64,000 nucleotides of DNA from Nitrospirales bacterium (GCA_965223295.1 CBDCWC010000002.1:256001-320000); one strand, 5' to 3'. Shown: positions 1 to 10,661, numbered from the stretch's first letter. Program-made: numbers and translations. The notes: generated by a model from the sequence alone, not told the origin.

Positions 1-135
1 CAAACTATCTCCAGCTATCCATTCTGTAAATCTTTTGTTGATTGCAAGGCCCTCTCCATGGTAGATGGGGGCAACTCAAGAGGCGATCCGTTTCAATCGG
101 ATCCGTAGTCGATTATTCTATCAGGAGGGTGACAC

Positions 136-1116
136 ATGGCTGCTAAGGCTAAGCCCAGGTCCAAGTCAAAGGCCAAGCCTCGACCGACGTCCAAGAAAAA
201 GGTGACGACGAAATCTAAAGCCGTGCCAAAGAAAGCCGTGAAATCTCAACGTTCATCGTCCACTAAGGCGAAACCGAAAAAAGCCAAGGCTGGGCCAAAA
301 TCTCAATCAAAGTCCAAGCGAGTCGTGAACGTTCGTTCACGCTCAAAAGTAGCATCAAAAAAGGCGGCGAAAGGTAAGAAAGGTAAAGCAAAGACATTGA
401 AAAAAGTCACGAAAACGACCAAATCGAAAACAGCGACCAAGAAAGCCAAGCTGGTTTCTAAAAAGACCAAAACAAAAGTGAAGAAGCCAAAAGCCACAAC
501 CAAGCTCTCCACGACAAAAAAATCCACTCCTACCCGCAGTCGTTCTCTCTTGAAATCGACCTCCAAGTCTCAGGGGACTCGAGTCGCCGGAAAGTCAAAA
601 GTGACCAAAAGCGGCAAGCCAACAAAGACCTCAAAAGCGGCAGCTCCGAGTCCAAAATCCTTACGTACAAGAAAAAAAGTTGTGACGTCCTCGAACAAGA
701 AGCCGGTCGCAAAAAAATCGAGTAAGACAGAGATTTCAAGTCCTGAGACCGGATCTTCTGTGCTTGATGTCTCTGAGGCAAAAAAAACACCTACATCTGG
801 AACAGGAGCCAAGGCGTTAGATCCGGTATTGCCAGACGATATTGATGCGGAGTTAGACATTGAAGTCGAGGCTGATGGAGAGATCTCACTTGATTCCCTC
901 ACATCTGATCTGGCCGATGATTCTGATGATATAGATGTCGATGATCTCGATGATGATTTTGCGGATGATGATTTTGTCGAAGATTTGGCCGACGAATCTG
1001 ATGAAGACTTAGATTTGACGGAAGACTTATCCGAAGAGCTGGGTCCCGAAAAGTTCTTTCGAGAGACCGAAGTCAACACTGGAGATGATGAAGAGGAGAT
1101 CCCCCGGTCCTGGTAA
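136..1116 (+). CDS. Histone-H1-like Lys/Ser/Thr-rich protein with highly acidic C-terminal tail
   Basis: 326-aa ORF preceded by AGGAGG. About 200 aa of K/A/S/T-rich low complexity, then a D/E-rich tail (DDIDVDDLDDDFADDDF). Confidence 0.75.
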   Translation: MAAKAKPRSKSKAKPRPTSKKKVTTKSKAVPKKAVKSQRSSSTKAKPKKAKAGPKSQSKSKRVVNVRSRSKVASKKAAKGKKGKAKTLKKVTKTTKSKTATKKAKLVSKKTKTKVKKPKATTKLSTTKKSTPTRSRSLLKSTSKSQGTRVAGKSKVTKSGKPTKTSKAAAPSPKSLRTRKKVVTSSNKKPVAKKSSKTEISSPETGSSVLDVSEAKKTPTSGTGAKALDPVLPDDIDAELDIEVEADGEISLDSLTSDLADDSDDIDVDDLDDDFADDDFVEDLADESDEDLDLTEDLSEELGPEKFFRETEVNTGDDEEEIPRSW

Positions 1117-1274
1117 AATGCCCCGTCAGATCCCAATCACCTTTCGAAATCCAGAGTTACGTTATCGTTGTACGCTATGGGTTATCGGGGCGGTTCTTGT
1201 TCCATGACACGTCTTCCTGGTACAAATAAGATAGAACATATCTATTGTTTCCCGAGTCACTAGAAGGAGGATGC

Positions 1275-2078
1275 ATGTCAGAAGAACGCGGGCTGCCTCG
1301 CATCGGAGACCACGCGCCAGATTTTTCTGCCGTGACGACGCAACACACCGATTTTAATTTCAGTGCGTGGCAAGAGCAAGATTGGATTGTCTTCTTTTCT
1401 CATCCGGCAGATTTTACGCCGGTCTGCACAACGGAGTTAGTCGCGTTTGCTCGTCAGCACGATCGGTTTCGTCAGCGAAATGTGAAGCTGATTGGGCTCA
1501 GCGTGGATAGTGTTCATGCGCATTTAGCGTGGGTTCGAAATATTCAAGAAAAGATGAATGTGGAAATTCCGTTTCCCATGATCGCTGATTCCGATACAAA
1601 GGTTGCCCAACTCTATGGTATGATTCACCCCAATGCCAGTTCAACAGCCACGGTACGTGCCGTCTTTGTCATTGATCCAAAGCGCGTCATTCGGGCTTTG
1701 GTCTACTACCCTTTGAACGCTGGACGAAATGTTGATGAAATTTTTCGATTAGTGACGGCCTTACAGACAACCCAACGGTTTGCCTGTGCGACACCGGCTA
1801 ATTGGCAGGAGGGGGATAAAGTTGTCGTGCCTCCTCCGCAAACTCTTCAAGAAGTTGAAACAAGTCTTTCCCAATCCGATTATGAACGCCAGGATTTTTA
1901 TTTAGCTTTGAAAGACATTTCCAAGCCTACTGAGGCAGCCAGTCTGGTGCCAACAGATGCAGAAGCTTCTAAACCTCCTGTCGACGGAACGGCTCCATCG
2001 ACCGAGACAACTGAATCTGCATCACCGCCTACTGATGGAAACATGTCTCCACCTGCGGAAACAGCATCTCCTGCCTGA
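1275..2078 (+). CDS. Peroxiredoxin (Prx6/AhpC-TSA family) with low-complexity C-terminal tail
   Basis: HPADFTPVCTTE peroxidatic motif; TVRAVFVIDP and GRNVDEI motifs; AGGAGG before ATG 1275. Confidence 0.92.
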   Translation: MSEERGLPRIGDHAPDFSAVTTQHTDFNFSAWQEQDWIVFFSHPADFTPVCTTELVAFARQHDRFRQRNVKLIGLSVDSVHAHLAWVRNIQEKMNVEIPFPMIADSDTKVAQLYGMIHPNASSTATVRAVFVIDPKRVIRALVYYPLNAGRNVDEIFRLVTALQTTQRFACATPANWQEGDKVVVPPPQTLQEVETSLSQSDYERQDFYLALKDISKPTEAASLVPTDAEASKPPVDGTAPSTETTESASPPTDGNMSPPAETASPA

Positions 2079-2240
2079 ATTTTACGGTTCTTTTTTGTCT
2101 TTGAAGGCCATGAGCCGTCCTTGGTTTTTTCATCAGGTGGTTGCTTCTCTCATTATATATTCCAACAGAACCTTTCATTCAAATGTCTTCCTTTGTCGGC
2201 CGGTCTTTTCCTAGGCCTTATTCAGCCGAAGTTTCATGAG

Positions 2241-2430
2241 TGAGTGTTGAATAATGCAGATATCAAAGGCCATATTTCGCCAGGCAGTCCTTGACGATCA
2301 ACAACCTCGGGTCGGTTCAAAAAAGTCCGTCCAGCAAGGTCGCAGCCCTTTATGCGCGCGGAGCATACTGACACTACGTAAGTATGGAAAAAGGGCGAGA
2401 ACGCCGCTGGCGGATTTTTTCAACAGACTC
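2241..2430 (+). mobile_element. MITE-like repeat family A, copy 1
   Basis: Ends TGAGTGTTGA...TCAACAGACTC; conserved family core; flanking direct repeat ATGAG at 2236-2240 and 2431-2435. Confidence 0.85.
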
Positions 2431-2442
2431 ATGAGATAAATT

Positions 2443-3555
2443 GTGACCAGACAAGGCCAACATTGTCTCCTTGTCTTTTGGGGCGCCGTTCTTTTGTTGG
2501 TGACTGCTCTGCCTTTAGATGTTCGAGCTTGCCGTGTCTCCGAACCTCCTCGGGATAATTCTGAAGTACTATGGGTCCATCTTGAAGGGTTTTGTCTTTC
2601 CAAGGATCGGCGTCGCTTGGCGGTTAAAGGAGCTGATGTGCTTCAAGCATTACAGGAGGGGAAGAGTCTTGATGTTCAGGGGGCTTTCATCGATGGAGAT
2701 ATTATGCTGGATCGCTTGCCATTGCAGGCTATTGAGGAAATTTCCACTATTCCTCCGCATATTCAAGAGCGGCTTCTGCAACGAGGCTTGACAGCGGTTC
2801 GAGTGATTCCAGGTTCTGTCCATGTTCGTGATAGCCAATTTGAAAAAGTGTTAGCAACGAATTTGGTCAACGACATTCTGATTATCTTAGGGGTTGTCGA
2901 AATCTCTGGGACAACATTTCTACAATCTGTGGATTTTTCTCAAATCATTTTTGTAAAGGAAATGGTTTTTACGAATGTTGAGGTGGGGTTTGAGGGGTTT
3001 TTTATTGGGACCGACTTTGAGCAATCGGCAGACTTCTCGCAGACGGTATTTGGTACACATTCCCGGTTTCACAAGGCGGTATTTCGAGCGCCCGTCGTTT
3101 TTTCCGGTGTACAGTTCAAAGGTGTGGCTGAGTTTCTTGAAGTACAATTTCACCAGGCGGCGAATTTTTCGGAAGTGTACTTTCTGAGCGGAACGGGATT
3201 TTCCGGATCGGTCTTTCACGGCCCAGTAGATTTTTCAGGAGTGGAGACGCATCAGGAAATATATTTTCGCTTTAGTGAATTCAAACAGCATGTGTCTTTT
3301 CAACAGGCGCAGTTCCAAGCAGTGGTGGATTTTTCCAATTCTCGTTTTGGCAGTCTTGAAGACTCCCCAGATTTTTCTGATACCGAGTTTGCCATCCAGC
3401 CGAACTTTTCGGATAGTAATATTTCAGTTCGAGTCCCTGTCATAGGTAGACGGGTCAATCAACAAGCTCAGTGGATGATCTTTGGAGGGTTGGTTATTTT
3501 AGCAGGAATCTATCTGTGGATATCTAGAAAGAAATCACCGAGCAATTCAGCCTGA
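2443..3555 (+). CDS. Exported pentapeptide-repeat-like (F-x4 periodic) protein with C-terminal membrane anchor
   Basis: N-terminal hydrophobic signal; repeats such as ADFSQTVF, ANFSEVYF, VDFSNSRF; C-terminal TM helix followed by RKK. Confidence 0.75.
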   Translation: MTRQGQHCLLVFWGAVLLLVTALPLDVRACRVSEPPRDNSEVLWVHLEGFCLSKDRRRLAVKGADVLQALQEGKSLDVQGAFIDGDIMLDRLPLQAIEEISTIPPHIQERLLQRGLTAVRVIPGSVHVRDSQFEKVLATNLVNDILIILGVVEISGTTFLQSVDFSQIIFVKEMVFTNVEVGFEGFFIGTDFEQSADFSQTVFGTHSRFHKAVFRAPVVFSGVQFKGVAEFLEVQFHQAANFSEVYFLSGTGFSGSVFHGPVDFSGVETHQEIYFRFSEFKQHVSFQQAQFQAVVDFSNSRFGSLEDSPDFSDTEFAIQPNFSDSNISVRVPVIGRRVNQQAQWMIFGGLVILAGIYLWISRKKSPSNSA

Positions 3556-3650
3556 CCCACTATATTTTGACAGGGTATTGCGGCTTCCTACAAAAGATGG
3601 TATACCAGATTAATACTCTCCGTTTTCAGTTTTTGCAGAAAGGCTTGTGA

Positions 3651-4475
3651 TTGGATTCTGCCCCTTCCCTGGATTTTTCTCATCTTTCCGATTTAGAAGA
3701 TGATCAGGCGTATGAAGTTAAGCTTGAGGCCTTTACGGGGCCTATGGATCTTCTCTTGCATCTGATTCGTAAACAAAAAATTAATATCTATGATATCCCA
3801 ATTGCCTTGATTGCTCGGCAATACTTGGAATATCTCTCAGTCATGAAGACCTTGAATCTGTCGTTAGCTGGCGAATTTTTGGTGATGGCGGCGACTCTAC
3901 TCTATATCAAATCTCGCATGCTGCTCCCAAAAGAAGAATCGAGTGATGCCGAGGATGAAGAAACGCTTGACCCTCGAAGCGAATTAGTGCGCCAACTTAT
4001 CGAATATGAGCGGTTTAAAGAGGCGGCGGGGAGCTTGGTCACCCGTGAACGTCTTTGGCAGGACTCATTTGGACGGGACCCACTTCCCATACCCAAAACC
4101 TCTGAAGAAGAGGATGATGTCTGGACGGAAGATTTACAGATTTTTGACTTGATTAGCGCTCTGCAAGAGGTGCTTGAGCGTGCTCCGTCTGAGACTTTTA
4201 TTGAAGTTTCTCGAGAAAACTGGACCGTCGAAGAACGGATTCAAGTGATTATGGAGCGGCTAGAAATTGACGCCACGCTTCCCTTTGAAGGGTTATTTGA
4301 CCAACAATGGTCATGCCCCTTAATCATTGTGACATTTCTGGGGTTATTGGAGTTGGTGCGGATGAATTTGGTACGGTTGTTTCAGGACGAAGGGTTTGGA
4401 CCAATACATGTCACTCGTCGGTTTGTGCCTGCCGGAGAAACGACGACTCCAGAAACCATGTTGCCTGATGAATAG
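3651..4475 (+). CDS. scpA: Segregation and condensation protein A
   Basis: FTGPMDLLLHLI, AGEFLVMAATLLYIKSRMLLP, DPRSELVRQL, VTFLGLLEL motifs; directly upstream of scpB. Confidence 0.95.
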   Translation: MDSAPSLDFSHLSDLEDDQAYEVKLEAFTGPMDLLLHLIRKQKINIYDIPIALIARQYLEYLSVMKTLNLSLAGEFLVMAATLLYIKSRMLLPKEESSDAEDEETLDPRSELVRQLIEYERFKEAAGSLVTRERLWQDSFGRDPLPIPKTSEEEDDVWTEDLQIFDLISALQEVLERAPSETFIEVSRENWTVEERIQVIMERLEIDATLPFEGLFDQQWSCPLIIVTFLGLLELVRMNLVRLFQDEGFGPIHVTRRFVPAGETTTPETMLPDE

Positions 4476-4538
4476 GGCGAATGAGGTATACTGTCTGTGT
4501 TTTCCAACGAATCGGTTGAGTTCACAGAAGGAGGGATC

Positions 4539-5300
4539 ATGATGACAGATGCAGTGACGAATGGTGATTGTTCCTCAGAGACCAGAGATGTGGACACGAC
4601 TGAAGAAGCAAAAGATGCGCTTGGCCTTACCGCCAATGGAAATGGAGCCCATGAGCAGACCATTGTTGATGAACCGAAACCGGAAGTGGAATGGGATATT
4701 GAAGATATTAAAGCCACGTTTGAAGCCTTACTTTTTGTTTCGCATGATCCGCTGACCATGGAAAAATTGGCGTCTGTCTTAGAGGGAGTCCCTAAATCTA
4801 CTCTCAGAACGACCATGCAGATTCTTCAAGCTGACTATGACCAGGTTGGACGCGGCTTGCAAATTACGGAAGTGGCAGGTGGATTCGTAATGGTGACACG
4901 GCCCGAACAGCATGCGTCAATTAAGCGGCTTTCTAAAGCTAAAGTTTCATCTAAGCTTTCGCGTTCCGCCTTAGAGACTTTGGCAATCATTGGGTATAAA
5001 CAGCCAATTACCCGAGGTGGTATTGAAAAAATCCGTGGCGTGGAAACGTCTGGTGTGTTGCGTACTCTCTTAGATCAAAAACTGATTCGAATCGTTGGTC
5101 GACAAGAGATTCCAGGGCGCCCGATTTTGTATGGAACGGGAAAGCGATTTCTGCAACGGTTTGGATTGCGTGATCTTCGAGACCTTCCGCCCTTGAAGGA
5201 ACTCAAAGCTCTCGGGTCCTCTGAAGCGCTTTCATTAGAGCTTCCCTTTGATTCTGAAAATAGCCAAGAAGAGTCTCCGGTAGCGGACCTTTCTGCCTAA
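4539..5300 (+). CDS. scpB: Segregation and condensation protein B
   Basis: LSRSALETLAIIGYKQPITR, IRGV, GRPILYGT motifs; GAAGGAGG before ATG 4539. Confidence 0.95.
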   Translation: MMTDAVTNGDCSSETRDVDTTEEAKDALGLTANGNGAHEQTIVDEPKPEVEWDIEDIKATFEALLFVSHDPLTMEKLASVLEGVPKSTLRTTMQILQADYDQVGRGLQITEVAGGFVMVTRPEQHASIKRLSKAKVSSKLSRSALETLAIIGYKQPITRGGIEKIRGVETSGVLRTLLDQKLIRIVGRQEIPGRPILYGTGKRFLQRFGLRDLRDLPPLKELKALGSSEALSLELPFDSENSQEESPVADLSA

Positions 5301-5398
5301 AATACCGTGCACGTATTTTTCTAAACTCTACCTGTCAGACTGCGCATTTTTCCTTTCGATTGTTTCCCATGGTTTTAAACGATCCATTCATGTAATGA

Positions 5399-8218
5399 AT
5401 GTGTATGGCACTTATCCTTCCTGAAAAACAATCATCTCTTGGGTTGGATTTAGCCAAACTGTTGCGCCCCGAACAAGTCAAATGGGACTGGGCTACTCTT
5501 AAGGCCTACTCGGTTGATGCCAGTATCTATAAAATTCCTCCTCAAGTTGTCGTTCTCCCTCATACCGAAGACGATATTGATTTGGTGGTTGATTATGCTT
5601 GTCAAGTGGGTGTGTCGCTAACACCAAGGGCTGCGGGCACGAATCTAACCGGCTCGGCTATTGGATCCGGAATTATCCTCGATATTTCCAGAATGAATAG
5701 AATTTTGGAAATCAATCAGGATGAACAATGGGCTCGCGTGCAGCCTGGGCTTGTACTGGCTGAATTCAATAAGCAATTAGCTCCGTTGGGCTTAATGTAC
5801 GGTCCCGATCCTTCGAGTGGAGAGATGTGCAAGTTAGGAGGGATGTTGGCCAACAATTCCTCAGGCCCCCATACCCTGCGTTATGGAGCAGTGAAGGATA
5901 CGATACAGAGCTTGCGGGTTCGCCTTCTTTCGGAGGGCTGGTTGCACGCACAGATTGTTGACATTGGGGGGCCTGAGCATGATTCCTTGTTGAGGGAATA
6001 TGAGACACTGCGGGCTGTATGGAATATGGTGCAGCAAGATCAAGCGATGATTCGTGCGAAACGTCCCAAGGTCAGCAAGAACAGCTCTGGATATAACCTC
6101 TTTGATATTGTAGAAGGATTAGCTCGTGGAGTGTTTGATATTCCGAAGCTGTTTATTGGCAGCGAAGGAACATTGGGGGTGATGAGTGAAGCGACGGTGG
6201 CCTTAGTGGAACGTCCGTGTTCCACGGTGACAGGCCTGATCCATTTTCAGAGCTTGGAGGGAATGGGAGAAGCGGTTCCCCATTTGCTGGAGTTAGAGCC
6301 CAACGCGTTAGAGGTCATGGATGGAAATACCCTCGATTTGATTGGACGATCTGACTATGGAATTCCGTCAAAGGCGGCAGCAACGCTCTTGATTGAATTC
6401 GATGAGAACGAAGAGACGAGCCGGCGTGAACGGTTAGAAGGCATGTGTCGACAATTTTCTTTAGCTGACCAGCTGACGGTTGCTTCAGATCCTATCCATC
6501 AAGCGCAACTTTGGAGGGCTCGTAAGGCCTTGTATCCCACCCTGTATCGATTTGATCCACGAAAAAAGCCCATTAATTTTGTCGATGATGTGGTGGTGCC
6601 AGCTCCTCGAACTGCCGAACTCATTCGCTACTTGGAAGAGTATTTTGGTCAGGAGTCAGTGCCTGTGGCAGTCTTTGGGCATGTGGGAAATGGCAATGCT
6701 CATATTTTGCCGTTGCTGGATCTACAAAACCAATTGGATTTTCAACGAATGGTCGACGCTCATCGAGAGATTCATCATACGGTCTTAGACCAATTTGATG
6801 GATCCATTTGCGGTGAGCATGGGGATGGACGTATTCGTGCTGAAACCGTTCGCCTCATGTATGGGGAGGATGTCTATCAGCTTTTTGTCAAGGTGAAGCA
6901 AGCGTTTGATCCGCAAGGAGTGATGAATCCCGGTGTCAAAATCAGTCAAACTTCATTTACCGAACAGATTGATTTAGAGCGGATGGGAAAGCCCTGCGCG
7001 ACTTGTGCGAAATGTAATTCTGTCTGTCCGGTATATGATGTGTTTCAGTCAGAAGATATGAGTGCCCGGGGTTGGTTTGAAATTGTGACAGCCTCGGATT
7101 ACCAGTATCTGAACTCTCAGCGAGTTGTCGACTCCTGCTTAAATTGCAAATCTTGCCGCACAATTTGTCCGGCGGGTGTGGATGTTTCAGACTTAATTTT
7201 ACAACGGCGTGCGGAACATCCCAATTCAGTGGCTGCCAAAATTTTTTGGCTCCATGCGCGAACGATGTTGTTTCACCCTTTATTGAAAATAGTTGCATGG
7301 ACGCAGGTTCTTTGGGATCGTCCCGCCATTCGCCGTCTCCTTGAAGAAATATCCCGTCCTTTGTTGAAAGGACTTGCCTCCACAGCCAAACTTCCCAAAG
7401 AGATGCAGCTTCCCAGGTTAGCCAAACAGCACCTGCGAGATCGCTATGATCATCTGAGTCATCCAAGCCATATACAAAAATCTGAAGTGGCCTATTTTCA
7501 TGGTTGTGCGGCTAATTACTTTGATGATGGGGTGGGAGATGCTGTTATAGGGCTGTTGGAGGAGCGTGGTGTAAAAGTAGCCCTTCCGACACAACGCTGT
7601 TCTGGTACGCCTATTGAAACGTATGGGTTACGAACTCTGGCGAAAGAGGGGGCCAGGGAAAACTTAAAACATTTACGAACATTTAAAACGGTGGTGACAA
7701 GTTGTGCCTCTTGTACCTTAAGCCTGAAAGACTATACACGTTTGTTTCAGGGCGAGCCGGAAGAAACAGAGGCAATCGCATTGCAGTCTAAAGTCCAGCA
7801 CATTTCAGAATTTCTCTCTAGGTCTGGCCAGAAGAGAGAAATCCACTCAGAACGCTCTTCTCACATCAGTAAGAATGCACCAAAGGTGACGTATCACTCA
7901 TCCTGCCATCTTCGGGCTGCCGGTGTCACTCAAGCCCCGCGAGATGTATTGGCGGCTTTGCCCAATTGGGAATTTGTGGAAATGCCTGATGCTGATCGTT
8001 GTGCTGGAGGGGCAGGAACGTATATGGTAAAAAACTACGAAACTTCCCAAGAAATTTTTCAGAGAAAGAGACGAGCGATTGAACGAAGTGGTGCTCAATT
8101 AGTGGCGACGAGTTGTCCGGCCTGTTTGATTCAGTTAAAAAATGGGCTTGATGAAAAAATTCAGGTAAAGCATATTGCAGAAGTAATGCGAGAGAATGCT
8201 GTAATACCAAAAGAGTAA
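5399..8218 (+). CDS. FAD-linked oxidase fused to 4Fe-4S and CCG domains (GlcD/GlcF-type, YdiJ-like)
   Basis: PRAAGTNLTG, GSEGTLG, GEHGDG and MNPG FAD-oxidase motifs; CxxCxxCxxxCP twice; C-terminal CCG-like domains. Confidence 0.9.
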   Translation: MCMALILPEKQSSLGLDLAKLLRPEQVKWDWATLKAYSVDASIYKIPPQVVVLPHTEDDIDLVVDYACQVGVSLTPRAAGTNLTGSAIGSGIILDISRMNRILEINQDEQWARVQPGLVLAEFNKQLAPLGLMYGPDPSSGEMCKLGGMLANNSSGPHTLRYGAVKDTIQSLRVRLLSEGWLHAQIVDIGGPEHDSLLREYETLRAVWNMVQQDQAMIRAKRPKVSKNSSGYNLFDIVEGLARGVFDIPKLFIGSEGTLGVMSEATVALVERPCSTVTGLIHFQSLEGMGEAVPHLLELEPNALEVMDGNTLDLIGRSDYGIPSKAAATLLIEFDENEETSRRERLEGMCRQFSLADQLTVASDPIHQAQLWRARKALYPTLYRFDPRKKPINFVDDVVVPAPRTAELIRYLEEYFGQESVPVAVFGHVGNGNAHILPLLDLQNQLDFQRMVDAHREIHHTVLDQFDGSICGEHGDGRIRAETVRLMYGEDVYQLFVKVKQAFDPQGVMNPGVKISQTSFTEQIDLERMGKPCATCAKCNSVCPVYDVFQSEDMSARGWFEIVTASDYQYLNSQRVVDSCLNCKSCRTICPAGVDVSDLILQRRAEHPNSVAAKIFWLHARTMLFHPLLKIVAWTQVLWDRPAIRRLLEEISRPLLKGLASTAKLPKEMQLPRLAKQHLRDRYDHLSHPSHIQKSEVAYFHGCAANYFDDGVGDAVIGLLEERGVKVALPTQRCSGTPIETYGLRTLAKEGARENLKHLRTFKTVVTSCASCTLSLKDYTRLFQGEPEETEAIALQSKVQHISEFLSRSGQKREIHSERSSHISKNAPKVTYHSSCHLRAAGVTQAPRDVLAALPNWEFVEMPDADRCAGGAGTYMVKNYETSQEIFQRKRRAIERSGAQLVATSCPACLIQLKNGLDEKIQVKHIAEVMRENAVIPKE

Positions 8219-8288
8219 AACGGGTTTTCGCTCTTGTTTGTAGGTCTCAAGAGATCATGATCATGATGTGAAGAAAAAGGAATATTCG

Positions 8289-8570
8289 ATGGTAAAAGTC
8301 TTAATGTTTGGCCATGCTTTGCGTGAAGCTGTTGAGGATCCTGAAGTAGAAATTTCGTTGACGCAATCAATGTCGCTTCGCCAAATCCTAGAGGGCCATC
8401 CTGATCATTTTCTCGAAGTTCTCCCGTTTCTTCGCTCGCATGAACTCATGCTCACCATTAATCAAAAGATTTCCACATTGGATGCGATGGTGAAGGATGG
8501 CGATACCATCAAGATTACACATCAGGGAAGTGATCAGTCCGCAGATGGAGCCATGTGGCATAATCCATAG
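8289..8570 (+). CDS. ThiS/MoaD-like beta-grasp protein lacking terminal Gly-Gly
   Basis: MVKVLMFGHALREAV...LDAMVKDGDTIKI pattern of MoaD; ends ...DGAMWHNP. Confidence 0.7.
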   Translation: MVKVLMFGHALREAVEDPEVEISLTQSMSLRQILEGHPDHFLEVLPFLRSHELMLTINQKISTLDAMVKDGDTIKITHQGSDQSADGAMWHNP

Positions 8571-8605
8571 AACAGGCAGGAATGGTCATTTGATCAAGCG
8601 CAGGG

Positions 8606-8803
8606 TTAAGAGTTCTGTTCCTCGTCACATTTTTTGCAATTTAACAGTGTTCCTACGTAGTGCTGGCGACCTTCAACCGTTTGAACCCATGGCCGGTTAC
8701 TGAGTGGAGGGTTATGACGCACATGCTGGCCATGTCCACACTGCAGGTCAGCCACCCAATCCTCATGTTCATCTTGGTGGTATCCGATGATAGACTGATT
8801 CAC
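8606..8803 (-). CDS. DUF3565-like small protein
   Basis: WVADLQCGHGQHVRHNPP...RPWV...CKKCD signature. Confidence 0.85.
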   Translation of the reverse strand: MNQSIIGYHQDEHEDWVADLQCGHGQHVRHNPPLSNRPWVQTVEGRQHYVGTLLNCKKCDEEQNS

Positions 8804-9234
8804 AAGTTTTTCCCCATGTATCGTCCGTTAGGGTGGTATGTACACCCAATTATCGTTGAGGAATAAGGTTAGAACATTGTTCCGACCTCTTGAAGGCCTT
8901 CGTTGATTTCCATGTGGGCAGCAATCGCAAGATAGCTAGAGCCAGCGATACTATTTTTGTCTTTTCTCCTCGTAAGAATGCTCCGGTTTCGCCAATGAGA
9001 AAAAGCGAGAGAACGAATAGTGAAGGACAGACAGGCACCGAAGTAATTTGGGGAGAGGGAACAACAAAAGGGACCCACAAGAAGGAGGGGAGAGTACAGC
9101 CTGAGATTATCCTGGGGAGGATAGACTAGAATAATGTAACAGTCTGTGTATCCTCAGGGTGCAAATTCCGGCTCATCCTTGTGGGTGGTCCCTAAAGGAC
9201 CGTTTCGCTACGAAGACGATGAATATTAGTAGCG

Positions 9235-9606
9235 TTACGCAACAGGGCTACAACTGAGGCCTGCGCTTTTACTTTTGGATGAGGCCAGGGGCCTGGATAA
9301 CAAGGGACGGGTCTTTTTCTTCATGGCTTCCCGTTCCGGGTGTTGACGATTTTCTAAAATGACAGGGTCGATGACCTCTCCACATTGCAAGCATCGTTTC
9401 GTGAGGATTTCCATTCCACCCGCATCATAATTCACATTCATGCACCAATGAGAAACGAGTAGGCCTCCGCAGCGAGTGCAGGAGTCAGTACTTGCTGGTT
9501 GTTCCAGTTTAACAAGAGAGGCATTTTTTATGGTTGGAACCGGCGCCAAACTTGCGGCTCGTTTCCCCGAAGTGACAGTTTTCTTTTGTATGCCGTGCTG
9601 TGCCAT
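9235..9606 (-). CDS. Small CxxC...CxxC zinc-ribbon-like protein
   Basis: CTRCGG and RCLQCGEVIDPVILENR; AGGAG before ATG. Confidence 0.75.
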   Translation of the reverse strand: MAQHGIQKKTVTSGKRAASLAPVPTIKNASLVKLEQPASTDSCTRCGGLLVSHWCMNVNYDAGGMEILTKRCLQCGEVIDPVILENRQHPEREAMKKKTRPLLSRPLASSKSKSAGLSCSPVA

Positions 9607-9934
9607 GTTTTTCTCCTACAAGTAGTTCAAATTTCAAAAAAATCATTATAACTGATCTTTAATAGATATAGCTTGTTGTTCTTAAGTCAAGATTAACAGA
9701 ATATTAAAAAATCCTCATAATTCATACCTATAATTGAACAGAACATCAAATAACTGAATGAAATCAGTAGAAAGAGCGTAGAAAACGCAGCAACTTTTCA
9801 CAGAAAAAATATTATTATTTAAGTATTTTAATTTAAGTATATATAGCTGGTTTTATAGGCTTTTCAGATCATTCTCATTGTATCGAGTGAGTTTATTAGG
9901 GACCTAGGTCCATATTTGTATACTGGAAAATGTA

Positions 9935-10495
9935 TTAGGGCCATTGAAAATGTGTGACTGTCGGTGAGTCGGCTTGAACAATAACTGTTTTCTCAATACT
10001 CCTGCCACGTGAATCTGTTCCCCGAACGACATATGTTCCTGTCGGAATATTCATAAATAGCCAAGGCCCCTGGACCTGATCACCTGGAATGCTGAGTACG
10101 GTTTTGCCATCCTTAGTCTCCACATCAACGGAAACTCCAGCTAAATAGGCTCCTTTCCCTTGGATAAACACTAATTTCAAGGGGTATGGCGGGTATTTTA
10201 AACTCCGTTCTTCTTTGCCCAACCCTGCGCTAAAATATTGGATATTCTGCTGTTCATGCAATGGGAATTTCAGGGTTTTGGGATAATTCCCTTCAGGGAG
10301 TGGGATCTCCAGAATGTTCTTTATGGGTAAACCCGGCTCATCTGTTGCCGCCCAAGAGGGACTCCCACATAATCCGGATAGGAGGATCAGTTGAGCAAAA
10401 ACGGTTGTCCCAATAATAGAAGCATGTCTTTTATTGGGCCAGAAATCTTGTTGAGCAGGTCGTAACAAAGCAGCCAGGCTGGCTAATGTGTTCAT
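9935..10495 (-). CDS. Exported protein with carboxypeptidase-regulatory-like beta-sandwich
   Basis: Signal-like segment; YFSAGLG, GAYLAGVSV and GPWLFMNIPTGTYVV motifs. Confidence 0.65.
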   Translation of the reverse strand: MNTLASLAALLRPAQQDFWPNKRHASIIGTTVFAQLILLSGLCGSPSWAATDEPGLPIKNILEIPLPEGNYPKTLKFPLHEQQNIQYFSAGLGKEERSLKYPPYPLKLVFIQGKGAYLAGVSVDVETKDGKTVLSIPGDQVQGPWLFMNIPTGTYVVRGTDSRGRSIEKTVIVQADSPTVTHFQWP

Positions 10496-10661
10496 CAGAG
10501 TTTCCCTCCTTTCTGAGACTTCATCGAATGCATGTCAAAGATTTTGTGATGGCCGTATGATAGCCAGTTAAAGAATAACGCAATTATTTAAATGGTCAAG
10601 ATCTCAAACGGGCAAAAATATTGAACACAATGAGTGGCGGAGGAGAAAAAAGCTTGTGAGG

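Noticed and set aside
2254-2439. Short ORFs of the ...KKSVQQGRS...RTPLAxFFN type (also at 15813, 39178, 42499, 61375)
   Set aside because: They are translations of the MITE; frames and stops are not conserved between copies.
9140-9225. Possible hammerhead ribozyme or cobalamin-riboswitch-like RNA (CTGAGGA and CGAAAC on minus; GGTGCAAATTCC on plus)
   Set aside because: The required stems and cleavage triplet, or a B12 box, could not be assembled; only a simple hairpin is supported.
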